Below are positions 26,456 through 36,919 of a DNA stretch of 64,000 nt, piece by piece. Source of the DNA: an uncultured virus (IMG/VR IMGVR_UViG_3300035670_000116) (Duplodnaviria; Heunggongvirae; Uroviricota; Caudoviricetes); IMG/VR virus record IMGVR_UViG_3300035670_000116; one strand, given 5' to 3'. The notes under the pieces are model-generated. The model was not told the DNA's origin, made no database searches, and saw nothing but the letters and a program-made list of their open reading frames with translations. Every line of letters starts with the position of its first letter. Within the stretch, counting starts at the first letter, position 1. A program made the translations under genes and the position numbers.

Positions 26456-26483
26456 AAAAAAGCCGGGGCATTAAGCTCCGGCG
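26456..26483 (-). terminator. rho-independent terminator
   Basis: GCCGGAGC-TTAAT-GCCCCGGC then TTTTTT. Confidence 0.65.
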
Positions 26484-26506
26484 TTTGCGTTGGATCAGGT
26501 TAAGGC

Positions 26507-26731
26507 TTATTCCTGGGTCGATGCACCCTTTTTACGCTTATAAGCCAACGTTGCACGCGCTGCTTTGGTAAATGCTTCCTCATCTGGAAGCTCATATGCC
26601 AAATTTATCTTTGCTTCGCCAATAAAACTGCGTACGTCACCAGAATCGGCACCGCTTGCAGCCATTTCCATGGCCTTATTTTTGATCGCCTCTAACGCTT
26701 CGACCCGTTTTTGGCGTGTGCCAGCGTCCAT
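26507..26731 (-). CDS. hypothetical helical protein
   Basis: Intact ORF followed by a terminator. Confidence 0.65.
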   Translation of the reverse strand: MDAGTRQKRVEALEAIKNKAMEMAASGADSGDVRSFIGEAKINLAYELPDEEAFTKAARATLAYKRKKGASTQE

Positions 26732-26830
26732 ATGGAGCTAAAACCTGATCAATTACAAATATACAGCCAGTATTCCTTAAGTTACAAGCAATAGAATGTG
26801 AAGAGGTAAAAATACGGGCAATAAACGTAA

Positions 26831-28849
26831 ATGGCGATCTCTCAAGCCGACTTTTACGCCTTTAGTCAGGCCACTGGTGCTCCAGTGCCCGATGATCCGG
26901 AAGCACGAGCCAGAATTGCGCCTCAAGTGATGGAATGGCGGCGTAATCAGCTCAAGCAACCGAAGGAAGAGGGTGGGATCGTCGACACGTTGGGTAAAAT
27001 TGCGCTCGGTGCTGGTGCATTGGCGGCAGGTATCGCAGGATACCGTGCATTGCGTGGCAGACAGGCCGTAAGCCCGGTGAACGTGGCGGTGCAGGAGGAA
27101 GTGGTCAGACGTGCAGCCCAACCCGTGCCGCAGCTCAGAGGTGTCACCCAGCAGCTCGGGGCAGAAACCGCGCGGCCGCCCATTCCCCGGCCTCCCACCC
27201 AACCTCAACCTTCAGCAGCACCTCCTCTTGGTAAACGTAATTTGACCGGTGGGGGAGTATTTGGTTACTTACCGGCTGCAGAAGAGGAATTTACTGCTTA
27301 TCGCCCGGATCCTAGGGAGATGGTGACTCGGCAGGTGGCAGATGCCCGCCGTCAAGCAGCAACTGAGCAACTCTTGCAAGCAGCTGAGGCTCGCCGTGGT
27401 TCTTACCAACCGGAATTACCGGGTGTCAAAGGAACCTTGATGGCATTGCGTTCTCCTGCCGGAGTTGCGGCAGAAGAAGCAGGCGAATTGGTTGCACGGG
27501 CGGAATCTCGCCCATTAGCTGCAGCACCGGCGCAAATGAATTTGTTTGCGTACGTGAAACAAGCGGCAGAACCAGAAGGTGACGTTGTCGACCGGTTGCT
27601 TACCGAATACAACCAACTTGTTGAACGCCAAGCGCGGACTGATCAACGCGTACGTTCTTCCGTTCGTGAATATCAAATGCAGTTGCAAGGAAAAGCACTT
27701 CGCATCATGGATGAGTTGCGCGGTGACTCCTTAACGGAACAACATCAAGTTAAACGTGCGTTTAACGTTGATCAAGCCATCAATGCTCTGGATTCTGGCG
27801 AAGATCAAGCCACTGGTCGCGTTCGGCAGCAACTTCAACGCAACGAAGACGTAAACCTAGGCGCAATCGACAGCCTGGAGGACAGCACCAACAATATTGA
27901 CGTTGTCGCATCCATGACACCGGATGGTGTTCCGGTTGATCAGGCTGAGTCTGCTGGTCGCATTGGTCCTGTTACTGCTCAAGAGCAACTTGAGATGGCA
28001 AAGCAGGAAATGATGACCCGTCGTCAGCAATTAGAAGGAGCTGGCCTGCGTCCTGGTACGGTGCGGTTTGAACGGGCACTTGCAGAACCATTCCGTACTT
28101 CTGCAATGACTCGAGTCACCGGAACCGGCGGGATCGAGACTGCACTTCCCCAAGGCCCCATTCGTCAGACGGTCCAAGCCGTTAGTGCGTCGGAAGCACT
28201 GCCTGAACGTGCGTTAACCAACGTCGGCCCTGAAGCTCAGATTACTTCTACCGCAGCTGGCACCGCAATTCGTGGCGCATCCCCCAGCTATCAAGAAGTT
28301 CCGGCCAAAGAAGAACTCCGTCAACTTTTCGGTACAGCCGATCCCCTGGTCCCTGGCGCACCTGATGAGTTAGCCATTGATCTCCCTGGCCGTTCTCGTG
28401 TTCGCGGCATACTTCCCGACATTGAACCTGAGCAACGTTCGAAGCAGGAAATCGTTTACGGAATTCTGGACCGGCCCGCAACTCCTGAACCGGCAGGCGG
28501 TAGTCCTGGCATTGGAGCTTATGGGATTGAACGCAGCTATGTCCCTGGCGCCATGAGCAAAGCAACTGGTCAGTACAGCGAAGCTGCTACTCGCCAGCCA
28601 TCTTATGTGCCTGCTTGGCTTCAGAAGAGAGAAACGCCACAGACCGGGTTTGGTTCCTTGAGTACCGAACAACTTCTTTCGGGTGCCGAGAAAACTCCTT
28701 CGCCTAGAATTCGTGAAGCCTTTGAAGGCGAGATCGCACGTCGCGAAACTGCCAAGCAAAGCCTAGATGTTTCAGAAGCAATGCGTCGGGCTAGAATCGA
28801 AGGACGTGATCCTCAGTCGGTGCTGCGTACTTTAGGTTTTAACGTTTAA
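26831..28849 (+). CDS. 672-aa low-complexity protein, putative internal virion protein
   Basis: A/Q/E/R/P-rich; hydrophobic LGAGALAAGIAG near N-terminus; TAGAAT upstream. Confidence 0.7.
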   Translation: MAISQADFYAFSQATGAPVPDDPEARARIAPQVMEWRRNQLKQPKEEGGIVDTLGKIALGAGALAAGIAGYRALRGRQAVSPVNVAVQEEVVRRAAQPVPQLRGVTQQLGAETARPPIPRPPTQPQPSAAPPLGKRNLTGGGVFGYLPAAEEEFTAYRPDPREMVTRQVADARRQAATEQLLQAAEARRGSYQPELPGVKGTLMALRSPAGVAAEEAGELVARAESRPLAAAPAQMNLFAYVKQAAEPEGDVVDRLLTEYNQLVERQARTDQRVRSSVREYQMQLQGKALRIMDELRGDSLTEQHQVKRAFNVDQAINALDSGEDQATGRVRQQLQRNEDVNLGAIDSLEDSTNNIDVVASMTPDGVPVDQAESAGRIGPVTAQEQLEMAKQEMMTRRQQLEGAGLRPGTVRFERALAEPFRTSAMTRVTGTGGIETALPQGPIRQTVQAVSASEALPERALTNVGPEAQITSTAAGTAIRGASPSYQEVPAKEELRQLFGTADPLVPGAPDELAIDLPGRSRVRGILPDIEPEQRSKQEIVYGILDRPATPEPAGGSPGIGAYGIERSYVPGAMSKATGQYSEAATRQPSYVPAWLQKRETPQTGFGSLSTEQLLSGAEKTPSPRIREAFEGEIARRETAKQSLDVSEAMRRARIEGRDPQSVLRTLGFNV

Positions 28850-28851
28850 TC

Positions 28852-29073
28852 ATGGCTGAAGAAAAGAAGAAAAAAGAAAAGAAGTGGATTCAAGGCATGG
28901 ATATGAAGGAAGGTGCCTTCACTGCCAAAGCCAAGAAGAAAGGTATTACCACTGCTCAGCTTCAGGAGAACGTTCTTTCTAATCCTGATAAGTACGACGA
29001 GAAGACTGTAAAGCAGGCTCGGCTTCGTCAGACGTTGGTAGGATTACACAAGAAGAAAAAATCTAAAGGCTAA
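28852..29073 (+). CDS. small Lys-rich protein
   Basis: KWIQ...KEGAFTAKAKK...KQARL motif. Confidence 0.7.
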   Translation: MAEEKKKKEKKWIQGMDMKEGAFTAKAKKKGITTAQLQENVLSNPDKYDEKTVKQARLRQTLVGLHKKKKSKG

Positions 29074-29702
29074 TGGCCAAAGATCATAGGCTTGACCTTG
29101 GGCGGTACGTTACGAACCCGTTTAACAATCAAGGTAAGCTTCGTTCCAATTTAGATTTTGACGAACTGTTCCGTTCGAAGCCGGACACAGGCGAATATCC
29201 CTGGAACCCATCACGCTTCAAAGAGACGGACCTCTTGAAGCGGATGATGACGCGAAAGCGTACATTAAACCCAGATCTGAACTTTGTTTCGAACTCTCCG
29301 TTTTTTGGAACAAATACAGATGACGCCGTAAGTTATGAACTGTTTGAAGGCCTGGGACGATTCAACCGTCCTATGGAGTATGACTTCAATGAAGGTCGTC
29401 CTATAACAGATCAACGCCCGCAGGATCAACCTGACTTTAATCCGGTGTGGGTTGAAGCTTATCGTTTGAGCCCAACGATGCGTCCGGATAAAGCTGCCAA
29501 GAACCCGATGCCTCGCATGAAGAACCCTGATCCCAATGGGTATCTGATGTCGGTGGCGGAGCAAAGGGTAGAAGATGAAGTTGAGAACAAGATGTCTATC
29601 GCTCAGTTGCTGGACAAGAGCGGGGTGATGAAACCGGTCGAGGTGAAGAAGGAAGAAAAAGAAGGAGAAATCATTGAACAGGAAGTTATCAAAAATACGT
29701 AA
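29073..29702 (+). CDS. hypothetical late protein
   Basis: TAATG coupling. Confidence 0.7.
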   Translation: MAKDHRLDLGRYVTNPFNNQGKLRSNLDFDELFRSKPDTGEYPWNPSRFKETDLLKRMMTRKRTLNPDLNFVSNSPFFGTNTDDAVSYELFEGLGRFNRPMEYDFNEGRPITDQRPQDQPDFNPVWVEAYRLSPTMRPDKAAKNPMPRMKNPDPNGYLMSVAEQRVEDEVENKMSIAQLLDKSGVMKPVEVKKEEKEGEIIEQEVIKNT

Positions 29703-29732
29703 ATCTATAATGATTAAAAGGCTGTAAATAAA

Positions 29733-30353
29733 ATGAGGTTTGCGGGGCAAGCACTGCAGCGAATACTTGGCTCCCGCATGGGTCAGGCCATGATGGGGCC
29801 TGCTACAAAAGAAGCAGTTAAAGCGTCGATTCCTGGGTCTGTAATTACAACTGGACTTACGGCACTCTCTGGCGGAGGCCTTGGGCCATCACTTGCAACC
29901 GGTGCGTTAGATATTGGTTTGTCAACTGTTGGCGCCCGCCTTGCAGGCAAAGTGACACCTGAGATGCTCTCCAGGCTTACGGGCAAACGCGCTGCCAATG
30001 TTCTTGCTGGTGCAAAACCAGGTGAGATGTCGACTCTCCAGAACATTGCCATGGGTGCTGGCAGTATTGGTTCCACAATGCTCACCGCACCCTTGGTGGC
30101 TGGTTCTCAAATTTCCAGCTTGTCGCAAGATCAGCTCCAGCAGATTTTGGCTGAACCTGTGGTTATGGATCAAACCTTGACGGCTGAGCAGCAACTACTG
30201 CAACGGGACATGATCAACCGTTTGCAAGGCGAGGCTTTATCTCCTGGCACCATGTTCCAGATGCAAGGCATTGAGTCCACGCTTGGCCGGGGCATGAGTG
30301 TTGCTCCTCAACTTGATCCTTATGGAATCATGCGCGGAGGTGCCCTGCGATGA
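29733..30353 (+). CDS. glycine-zipper protein, putative ejection protein
   Basis: G/A/L-rich hydrophobic helices. Confidence 0.65.
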   Translation: MRFAGQALQRILGSRMGQAMMGPATKEAVKASIPGSVITTGLTALSGGGLGPSLATGALDIGLSTVGARLAGKVTPEMLSRLTGKRAANVLAGAKPGEMSTLQNIAMGAGSIGSTMLTAPLVAGSQISSLSQDQLQQILAEPVVMDQTLTAEQQLLQRDMINRLQGEALSPGTMFQMQGIESTLGRGMSVAPQLDPYGIMRGGALR

Positions 30354-31300
30354 ACTTCCAAATCAAAAATATCCTTGAAGATTTAAAAACTGGCGTTAAA
30401 AAAGCCGACATTGCTCAACAACGCAGTGCCACTGGGGGTTTGGGTTATGGTCAAAGTATTTTAGATCCTCGCTTCCGTCAGCAGATTGGAATGCTTGGTG
30501 TTAGCGCAAAACAGACACCTGCCCAGTTTGTTGGTGCGTATGCTTCTCGCCTTTTGGTTGATGCTGCAAACGACGGTTCACGTACTTATTGGTGGCGTTA
30601 TAACCATCCGCTTGCTGTCGCACAAAAAGGTGTTGAGTACGGTGTACGTGGCATTAGTTCTCCAACTGCGCGTGCTGCTGCTGCACTTGGCATCGCGGCC
30701 CCGGCCATCTCTGCAGCTGGTACTTATGACTTGTTAAATCCTGGGGAAATGTTTCGTCCCAAGGGGTATGCACAAAGTTATGCCGAAGTTGGTTCAGAAG
30801 ATCGCAGGGAAACAGCCCAACCTGCACAAGAACTTGTTGAACGCTTCTTTATGGGCCGCACTGGCACCCCCTTAAAATATGAAACTGCCAAACAAGATAT
30901 TCCTAGCTTGACTCCACAGCGCTATGCAAATTATCAAAATTTCTTGTACAACGAACGTGGTTTGCTTGATTTAGGCATTGTTAAAGGAACCATGGAAAAT
31001 CTTCAAGGTGTTCCTGAAGTGCGTGCTTTAGGTTTTCCGGTAACTTTACCAATGGCAGGCGGTTTTATTGCTGGTTCTGTTGCGGCTCGTGAAGCCATGA
31101 TTCAAAGCAGAACCAAAACACCAGCCGGAAAAGTTGTTACTAAAATGTATGATCCCAGACAGCGTGCAATTCGTGGAGGTATTGCAGGCACATTAGGTTC
31201 TATAGCTGGTGTTACTGTTGGCAATCTTGTAAATACAGTAATTGCAGCAGCCAATCGTCCGCAACTTCCTACAACACAAGAGTATCAGCAAGGTATGTAG
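30350..31300 (+). CDS. membrane-active putative ejection protein
   Basis: Several GxxxG hydrophobic segments. Confidence 0.65.
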   Translation: MNFQIKNILEDLKTGVKKADIAQQRSATGGLGYGQSILDPRFRQQIGMLGVSAKQTPAQFVGAYASRLLVDAANDGSRTYWWRYNHPLAVAQKGVEYGVRGISSPTARAAAALGIAAPAISAAGTYDLLNPGEMFRPKGYAQSYAEVGSEDRRETAQPAQELVERFFMGRTGTPLKYETAKQDIPSLTPQRYANYQNFLYNERGLLDLGIVKGTMENLQGVPEVRALGFPVTLPMAGGFIAGSVAAREAMIQSRTKTPAGKVVTKMYDPRQRAIRGGIAGTLGSIAGVTVGNLVNTVIAAANRPQLPTTQEYQQGM

Positions 31301-31344
31301 GCTGATAAAATTAAAACATCTAGAAACATAGGTTCGTTTTAGAT

Positions 31345-32154
31345 ATGGCTTACGTCGGTTACCCAGCTGGGTCTGCACAAGCTCCTCAGTCGGGTATGCC
31401 CGGCGGAGCACTTGCCACCCTTGGTGCTCCTGGTGTTGGTGGTCAAATGCCCCAAGATCCTCGTGCCTTCCAAGAGTTACTGAACAAATTAAAATCTGCC
31501 GGCGTCAATGTTGGCGAAGCAGTTGCAAGCGATAAAGGTAGGCTTGTTGCTGGCCTTGGTATTCCGACTGCTTACGGTCTGGGCAGCATGGCCCAGGGCG
31601 ACATCACCCGTGGTATTGGTGAAATCGGTGGTGGCGTCGTTGGCGCTGGTTTGGTTGGCGGTATTGCTAGCGGCCTTGAAAAAGGTGGCACCCGTGGCAA
31701 ACTGGCCGGTGCTCTCGTTCGTGCTGGCGGTGGTCTCATTGGTGGCGGCGTCGGCGGTGGAATTGCTGGCGGCGTGGCTAATGCTGCTACTGGCGCTGTT
31801 CAAGCCATCACTGGTCAACGCAAGGAAGAAGGTAAGTCTGGCTTGACTGGCGGTGGTGTTGGTCTTTCCAACCTCACTGGTGAGCAACGCCAGATTGCTG
31901 AATTGATGCGTCTGGCTAGTGTCAACATTCCTGTTGAGCAAGCCCAGGCCATGCTGCCGATTGCAAATCAGATGAAGGATGCTGATATGCAACGTCAGAT
32001 GCAACTGAACCAACAGCTGGGTCAATTGACTGGTGCTCTGAACCGTCAGCAGTACGCCTTCCAGCTTGCAGGTGGTGCTCAGGCCCAAGCCGGTGAGAAC
32101 TTGCGGACCATGATGACCAGCAATCCTTACGCTTCGTCCACCTTCCGGTATTGA
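31345..32154 (+). CDS. very Gly-rich DNA-pilot-like protein
   Basis: Long glycine zippers then Gln-rich helix. Confidence 0.7.
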   Translation: MAYVGYPAGSAQAPQSGMPGGALATLGAPGVGGQMPQDPRAFQELLNKLKSAGVNVGEAVASDKGRLVAGLGIPTAYGLGSMAQGDITRGIGEIGGGVVGAGLVGGIASGLEKGGTRGKLAGALVRAGGGLIGGGVGGGIAGGVANAATGAVQAITGQRKEEGKSGLTGGGVGLSNLTGEQRQIAELMRLASVNIPVEQAQAMLPIANQMKDADMQRQMQLNQQLGQLTGALNRQQYAFQLAGGAQAQAGENLRTMMTSNPYASSTFRY

Positions 32155-32157
32155 TCC

Positions 32158-32691
32158 ATGGCTTTCAATCAAGCCTCTGTAACCCCTGGTCGGCTCGGGA
32201 TGAACCCGTTTGCTGGTATGACACCAGCATCTAGTTTCGGCCAGGCGGATCCATCGATGTTTGGTAATGCCTTAAATCAATGGCGGCAAGCAACTCAAGG
32301 GATGAGTGACGAAGAGAAAAAACTTTTTGGTCCTCAGTTGATGCAGAGCTTGTTTCCAACTGCTGACACCCAGCTGGTTACAGGTTTGATGGATATGTAT
32401 AAAAAGCAGATGTCTCCTGAAGAGCAGGAGCGTCAACTTGAGCTGGCTGATAAATACCAAACGCGTAAAGGCTGGAAATCGGCAATGTTTAATACCCTGA
32501 CTTCAGGCTTGGACAACCTGACGAAAGGTATTGCAATGTCCTTTAATCCTTACGGGACTCCAGAAGCTGCACGTTATTCAGCTGACATGATTGCAACCGC
32601 TGGTGATCGAATGGCTAATGCTTATTCGGCTGTTCGTACTCCAATGAATATCCCAGCTGTTACTCCCCCCGGCGCAATTTCATATTTTTAA
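32158..32691 (+). CDS. putative ejection protein
   Basis: M/Q/A-rich helical; in the same cluster. Confidence 0.65.
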   Translation: MAFNQASVTPGRLGMNPFAGMTPASSFGQADPSMFGNALNQWRQATQGMSDEEKKLFGPQLMQSLFPTADTQLVTGLMDMYKKQMSPEEQERQLELADKYQTRKGWKSAMFNTLTSGLDNLTKGIAMSFNPYGTPEAARYSADMIATAGDRMANAYSAVRTPMNIPAVTPPGAISYF

Positions 32692-32725
32692 ATCTTCTAA
32701 TTTAGAATACTTAAAAGGATGAAAG

Positions 32726-33463
32726 ATGGCCTTTGGATCCAATCCAGCAGATTATCTTTCTTCAGCAACAACAGGTGGTGGCATGGCCTTTGATTGGGGA
32801 AGTTTTGCTGGCGGTGGTTTAGGCGCTATTGGCGGTATCGTCGGTGGCATCTTCCAAGGTCAAGCCCAAGAGCGTGCTGCAGCTTACATGCGTAATGCAG
32901 CTAATATTGCGTCGCTTGGTTCCACGTACGGTACGGCAATGGCCATGGGCCAGAACCGCCTGGATCGTGGTTATCGCCAGATTGCAGACCTATATAACAT
33001 GAAGGCCGCGCAAGATGCGCGTACTGATAATTACGTTTATGGGATGAATGCATTCTTGACTCAGAATCAGGGTGCAATTCAGCGTGATCTTATTGGCAGT
33101 GCCGCCAGGATGCGTGAGGGTATTGCCGGTAAATCCATGGATGCACTTAATTCTGTCATTGATACCAGCAATCAATTGCGGATGGCAGATAATGCGTTTG
33201 CCAATACCAGCTTGCTGAACACTCAAAATCAACAGTTGGCTGAGCGTGCTGGTAAATTCCGTGCATTCTTTGAAGCACCAATGGCTACGGCGGAAGAAGG
33301 TCGCCGCCAGCGTCAAGCAATTGGTATTTCTCTTTCTCCAGAAGCTCTTGAACTTTCTCGCAGGCAACGCGAAGGACGTATTAAAGAAGCGGTTGCAATC
33401 AATCGTGGCGTCCTGGATAAGATGTTTGGTAATTACTCTGCAGGTTTTGGGCCTTATGGGTAA
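32726..33463 (+). CDS. DNA-pilot-like protein
   Basis: GGGLGAIGGIVGGIFQG then A/Q/R helix. Confidence 0.7.
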   Translation: MAFGSNPADYLSSATTGGGMAFDWGSFAGGGLGAIGGIVGGIFQGQAQERAAAYMRNAANIASLGSTYGTAMAMGQNRLDRGYRQIADLYNMKAAQDARTDNYVYGMNAFLTQNQGAIQRDLIGSAARMREGIAGKSMDALNSVIDTSNQLRMADNAFANTSLLNTQNQQLAERAGKFRAFFEAPMATAEEGRRQRQAIGISLSPEALELSRRQREGRIKEAVAINRGVLDKMFGNYSAGFGPYG

Positions 33464-33505
33464 GGCTCAAGTTAGAATACAATCAATTCCTGGTAAGCAT
33501 TAGAT

Positions 33506-34639
33506 ATGGGCGGCGGTGGTGCTCCTCCGGATAATTCAGCTCAAGTAGCGCAGACTCAGAAAGAGATTCGCGAACAAGAGCTGAAATTTGAGCGTGAAGA
33601 AGCGGCACGTCAAGAAGCGTTCCGTAATGCTCAGATGGCTGAGCAACGCTTGGCTAATGAACGTCGTTATACCTTAGATCTCAAAGCTGATCAACGTGCT
33701 GACGTTGCTGCATCGTTTAACCAATCGATGGCGCAACAACAGCTTGCGTTCCAGCAACAGGCTCATTCTCAGCTGTATGGGTTACAGCAAGAACAACTTA
33801 AGTACGCTGAAGCTGATAAGCAGTTTTATCGCGATAGATCCAGCAGAGAAGAACAACGCATTCTTGCCAGAGAGCAAGCTGAGGCAGCTAAAGAAGCTGC
33901 TAGAGAAGCCAGTGCAGCCGCTGGTTATGATCCCTTCAAATCATCGATTGAAAGCCAGCTGCGTGGCGGTTTAATCAACTTCCAACAAGCTCAGGACTAC
34001 TTGCGTGAGTACACCACCAAGTACGACCTGTTCGGCAAGGAGGGTGATGTCAACCAGTTCGCCAAACTGTACTCGGAAGAGATTGCGCCCCAGCGATTCC
34101 AAACCGGGTTGGGTGCAGCGTATGAAGAGATCCTGGGCCGTAAAGCAACCGAAGAAGAAAAAGCTGCAGGCCTGGAGCGCTTTAAAGGCGGTTACTATCA
34201 GACCGTTAACGACCTTAAAGAATCTCTTTACAAGGGTCAGGAGTACCAGAAGAAATTCAACCGCAGCTACCTGGATTCCTATTACGACACCATGTATGGT
34301 GACGAAATCAAGGATGCAGAGGGTGTTGGTACCGGCAAGCGAACCTTCAAGTTTGATAAGAACCTGCTTCCAACCTATGGAGCAGATCTTGCGGAGCGCA
34401 CCAAAGTTACCCTTCCTTCTTTCCAAGACCAGTTTGAAGGGACTCCTGCAGAGCTGGAGCAACAGCTTCAGAACGTTCGCGACTCCCGTCAGTTCTTGTA
34501 CAGCGCTGGCCTGACCAATCTTCAAGGTGAGATTGATAAGGAAACTCAGAAGCTCAAGAACGAAGGTGCCAAGGAAGTTCAAAAGATTGCCGCTCAGGGC
34601 GATATTTACAAGTCCTTGGTTAGCGCGTTTAGTTTCTAG
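33506..34639 (+). CDS. coiled-coil virion protein, 377 aa
   Basis: MGGGG N-terminus, Q/E/A-rich coiled coil. Confidence 0.7.
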   Translation: MGGGGAPPDNSAQVAQTQKEIREQELKFEREEAARQEAFRNAQMAEQRLANERRYTLDLKADQRADVAASFNQSMAQQQLAFQQQAHSQLYGLQQEQLKYAEADKQFYRDRSSREEQRILAREQAEAAKEAAREASAAAGYDPFKSSIESQLRGGLINFQQAQDYLREYTTKYDLFGKEGDVNQFAKLYSEEIAPQRFQTGLGAAYEEILGRKATEEEKAAGLERFKGGYYQTVNDLKESLYKGQEYQKKFNRSYLDSYYDTMYGDEIKDAEGVGTGKRTFKFDKNLLPTYGADLAERTKVTLPSFQDQFEGTPAELEQQLQNVRDSRQFLYSAGLTNLQGEIDKETQKLKNEGAKEVQKIAAQGDIYKSLVSAFSF

Positions 34640-34681
34640 GAAAATATCTCCTATAATTAGTTCATTAGTTATGGAACTGTC

Positions 34682-34849
34682 ATGACTGTTGCTGGTAACA
34701 CCACCGACGACTACTTTGATATCAATAAGTTCGAAGAACTGTTGAATCGCCTGGAAGCCTCCAAGCAGCGCCAACAGCGCCAGAAGAGCGTTGAAGGCCG
34801 TCGCGACATCTTTGCTACCGGTCTTGCCGGTATGATGAGCAACTTCTGA
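34682..34849 (+). CDS. 55-aa helical peptide (not in ORF track)
   Basis: MTVAGNTTDDYFDINKFEELLNRLEASKQ...; TATAAT 34652; C-ending codons. Confidence 0.7.
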   Translation: MTVAGNTTDDYFDINKFEELLNRLEASKQRQQRQKSVEGRRDIFATGLAGMMSNF

Positions 34850-34863
34850 TTTGAGTTATTAGA

Positions 34864-35088
34864 ATGGCTACCACGGTTTCCGGTGATATCACGGATACTT
34901 ACAACACAGATGACTGGTTTGATATTGACAAATATCGCCAGGCAGCTGGTGTAGCCTACGAATTCTCAAAGAAAAAAGCAGAAGATGTCGGAGAGCAAGA
35001 GCGCAAAACTATCGGTTATGCCAGCGAAGAAAAGCGGCGTGACGAAGAGCGCGATTATCAACAGGCCCAACGAGCTTATCGATATTGA
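34864..35088 (+). CDS. 74-aa protein sharing a DD(W/Y)FDI motif with the upstream peptide
   Basis: TDDWFDIDKY. Confidence 0.65.
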   Translation: MATTVSGDITDTYNTDDWFDIDKYRQAAGVAYEFSKKKAEDVGEQERKTIGYASEEKRRDEERDYQQAQRAYRY

Positions 35089-35575
35089 GGTCTTCGACCA
35101 GTGGGTCGATAATCTCGATTCTTCTGTTCAAGAATCCTTCTGCTCTTTTGCTAAAGATAATAATTCTGTAATCGAGTGCTTTCTGTATGCCCGTTTCCTT
35201 GGGTATACCGGAAGCATTGTTGCATGCGACCTTTGGGTTAACAGCAATTACAAGAAGGTTGATCACCGCAAAACCCTCTTGTACGAGATTGATGAGATGC
35301 AAGAAGACATTCGCAAGCTAAGAGAAGCTGTGGAGCAGGGTGTCGTCAAGCGTGATGCAGGTGTGGCACGTACTGCCAGCATGCAAAAAGAATTGCGCGG
35401 TGCAATTGCTCAAATCGAACAGTTCACATCAGCCAGGGATCGTAAAGGTCTTCTGATGGCTGGCGCTGACCGTGCCATTCGTGAGTTGATGTTTATCTTC
35501 AAGGACGACCCAATTGAAGGTCCCTTGCAGGAAGCATCGATGAGTGTATGGGCTAGAATGCAACTAGAAGAGTAA
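34985..35575 (+). CDS. helical protein, possible terminase small subunit (start uncertain)
   Basis: Only ordinary-complexity small ORF upstream of TerL; function inferred. Confidence 0.5.
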   Translation: MSESKSAKLSVMPAKKSGVTKSAIINRPNELIDIEVFDQWVDNLDSSVQESFCSFAKDNNSVIECFLYARFLGYTGSIVACDLWVNSNYKKVDHRKTLLYEIDEMQEDIRKLREAVEQGVVKRDAGVARTASMQKELRGAIAQIEQFTSARDRKGLLMAGADRAIRELMFIFKDDPIEGPLQEASMSVWARMQLEE

Positions 35576-35615
35576 AGTTACTCCGTCTAAAATATTATTT
35601 AACGAATAAAGCGAA

Positions 35616-36068
35616 ATGGGCGCCCAAACGCAGAATCCACGCTTAGCCGGTAGTGCAGCTGCTCGCATGAGGGCCGCCCAAGCTCCTCGGCCTGAAACCG
35701 GCAAGGCTTCAATGTTCCCGAACGAAGTCCCTGGTCCCGCTATTCCGCCTCCGACTGGTGCAGAGGAGATGGCTTATCAGCGCCAAGAAATTACCCGTGA
35801 GCGTGATCGCACTGGTCGCCGGGCAGAGATCTTCCGTGACCTTCAGCGTGGCGCTGCAGAACGTGGGATTACTGCTGAGACAACTCCAGGCGGTGCTGTA
35901 GAGCGTGGTGCTGGGGTCTTTGGTGCTGCGTTTGGTGGTGCCGGTCGTGGACAAGGTTTGCGTTCAGGTATTCAATTTGGACCTGGTCGTACTACCAGAA
36001 TGCCTGATGTTGGTACTCCTGAGTATCAACAGATGATTGATAGAGTGCGTGGTCTTCAAAATCGCTGA
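35616..36068 (+). CDS. low-complexity putative internal virion protein
   Basis: G/A/R/P-rich. Confidence 0.65.
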   Translation: MGAQTQNPRLAGSAAARMRAAQAPRPETGKASMFPNEVPGPAIPPPTGAEEMAYQRQEITRERDRTGRRAEIFRDLQRGAAERGITAETTPGGAVERGAGVFGAAFGGAGRGQGLRSGIQFGPGRTTRMPDVGTPEYQQMIDRVRGLQNR

Positions 36069-36087
36069 GTAATTAAGGAGAAAACCA

Positions 36088-36918
36088 ATGGGTGGCGCAA
36101 ATCCAAATCAAGCACCTGGTCCTACCAATCCTGCTCTTTACGAAATAGGAGATAAGTTTAATTACGGTGGCGCTGATAATGATCGGCGCAAAATTGAGAT
36201 GGAGATGGAACAAGAAAGGCAACGTGAATTTGAGCTGCGGCGTCAACGTGAATATGAACTTGCAAAAGCACGGGAAGCAGAAGCAAGAGCGCGAGGACAG
36301 GCTGGGGCACCTGTTTCCGCGCCTCCTGCTTATACCAGTCGTCCAATTACTCCTCCAGGTGTAAGTGATACCCCTGGTGTCCCTGGCACTGGACGCTCTC
36401 CTTTCGCTAATCGTCCTGTTCGTTCTCAACAAGATAATCGGATTGAGTTGGAAAGGGCTGCTCAGGCGCGTGCGCAGCAAATGGCCATGCTTGAAAGGCG
36501 GATGGCTGATGCTAAAGAACAAGAAATGCGTCTTCGCGAAGAAGCCGAACGCAATCGTTCAACTCGTGGTATGGAAGGTAATGCTGCTTTAGAAGCAGAG
36601 CAGCGCTTACGTGAACAGCAAGAACAAGAATTTAATCGTCGTCTTCAAGAAGCCACACGGCAAGGTCAGCAGATGTCACGACAGCCGGGACGCCGTGGAG
36701 CCGCAGCTGCCCAACGCCAAGCCGAAATGGTTGGTGAGTTTGAACGCGCTCGCGGCCAAGGTAAAAATTACGATATTTCTCAATTTGAAGCACGTTTTGG
36801 CCCACAAGCTCAAGCAGGTATTACAGCTCCTGCACCTGGTGAAGAAGGTCCAATGGGGATCGTTTCTTACCAAGAGTTGCTTGATCGTCTGAAGCGTTAT
36901 CAATCAGGAGGAGTTTGA
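36088..36918 (+). CDS. charged helical low-complexity protein
   Basis: AAGGAG RBS; E/R/Q-rich. Confidence 0.7.
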   Translation: MGGANPNQAPGPTNPALYEIGDKFNYGGADNDRRKIEMEMEQERQREFELRRQREYELAKAREAEARARGQAGAPVSAPPAYTSRPITPPGVSDTPGVPGTGRSPFANRPVRSQQDNRIELERAAQARAQQMAMLERRMADAKEQEMRLREEAERNRSTRGMEGNAALEAEQRLREQQEQEFNRRLQEATRQGQQMSRQPGRRGAAAAQRQAEMVGEFERARGQGKNYDISQFEARFGPQAQAGITAPAPGEEGPMGIVSYQELLDRLKRYQSGGV

Positions 36919-36919
36919 T

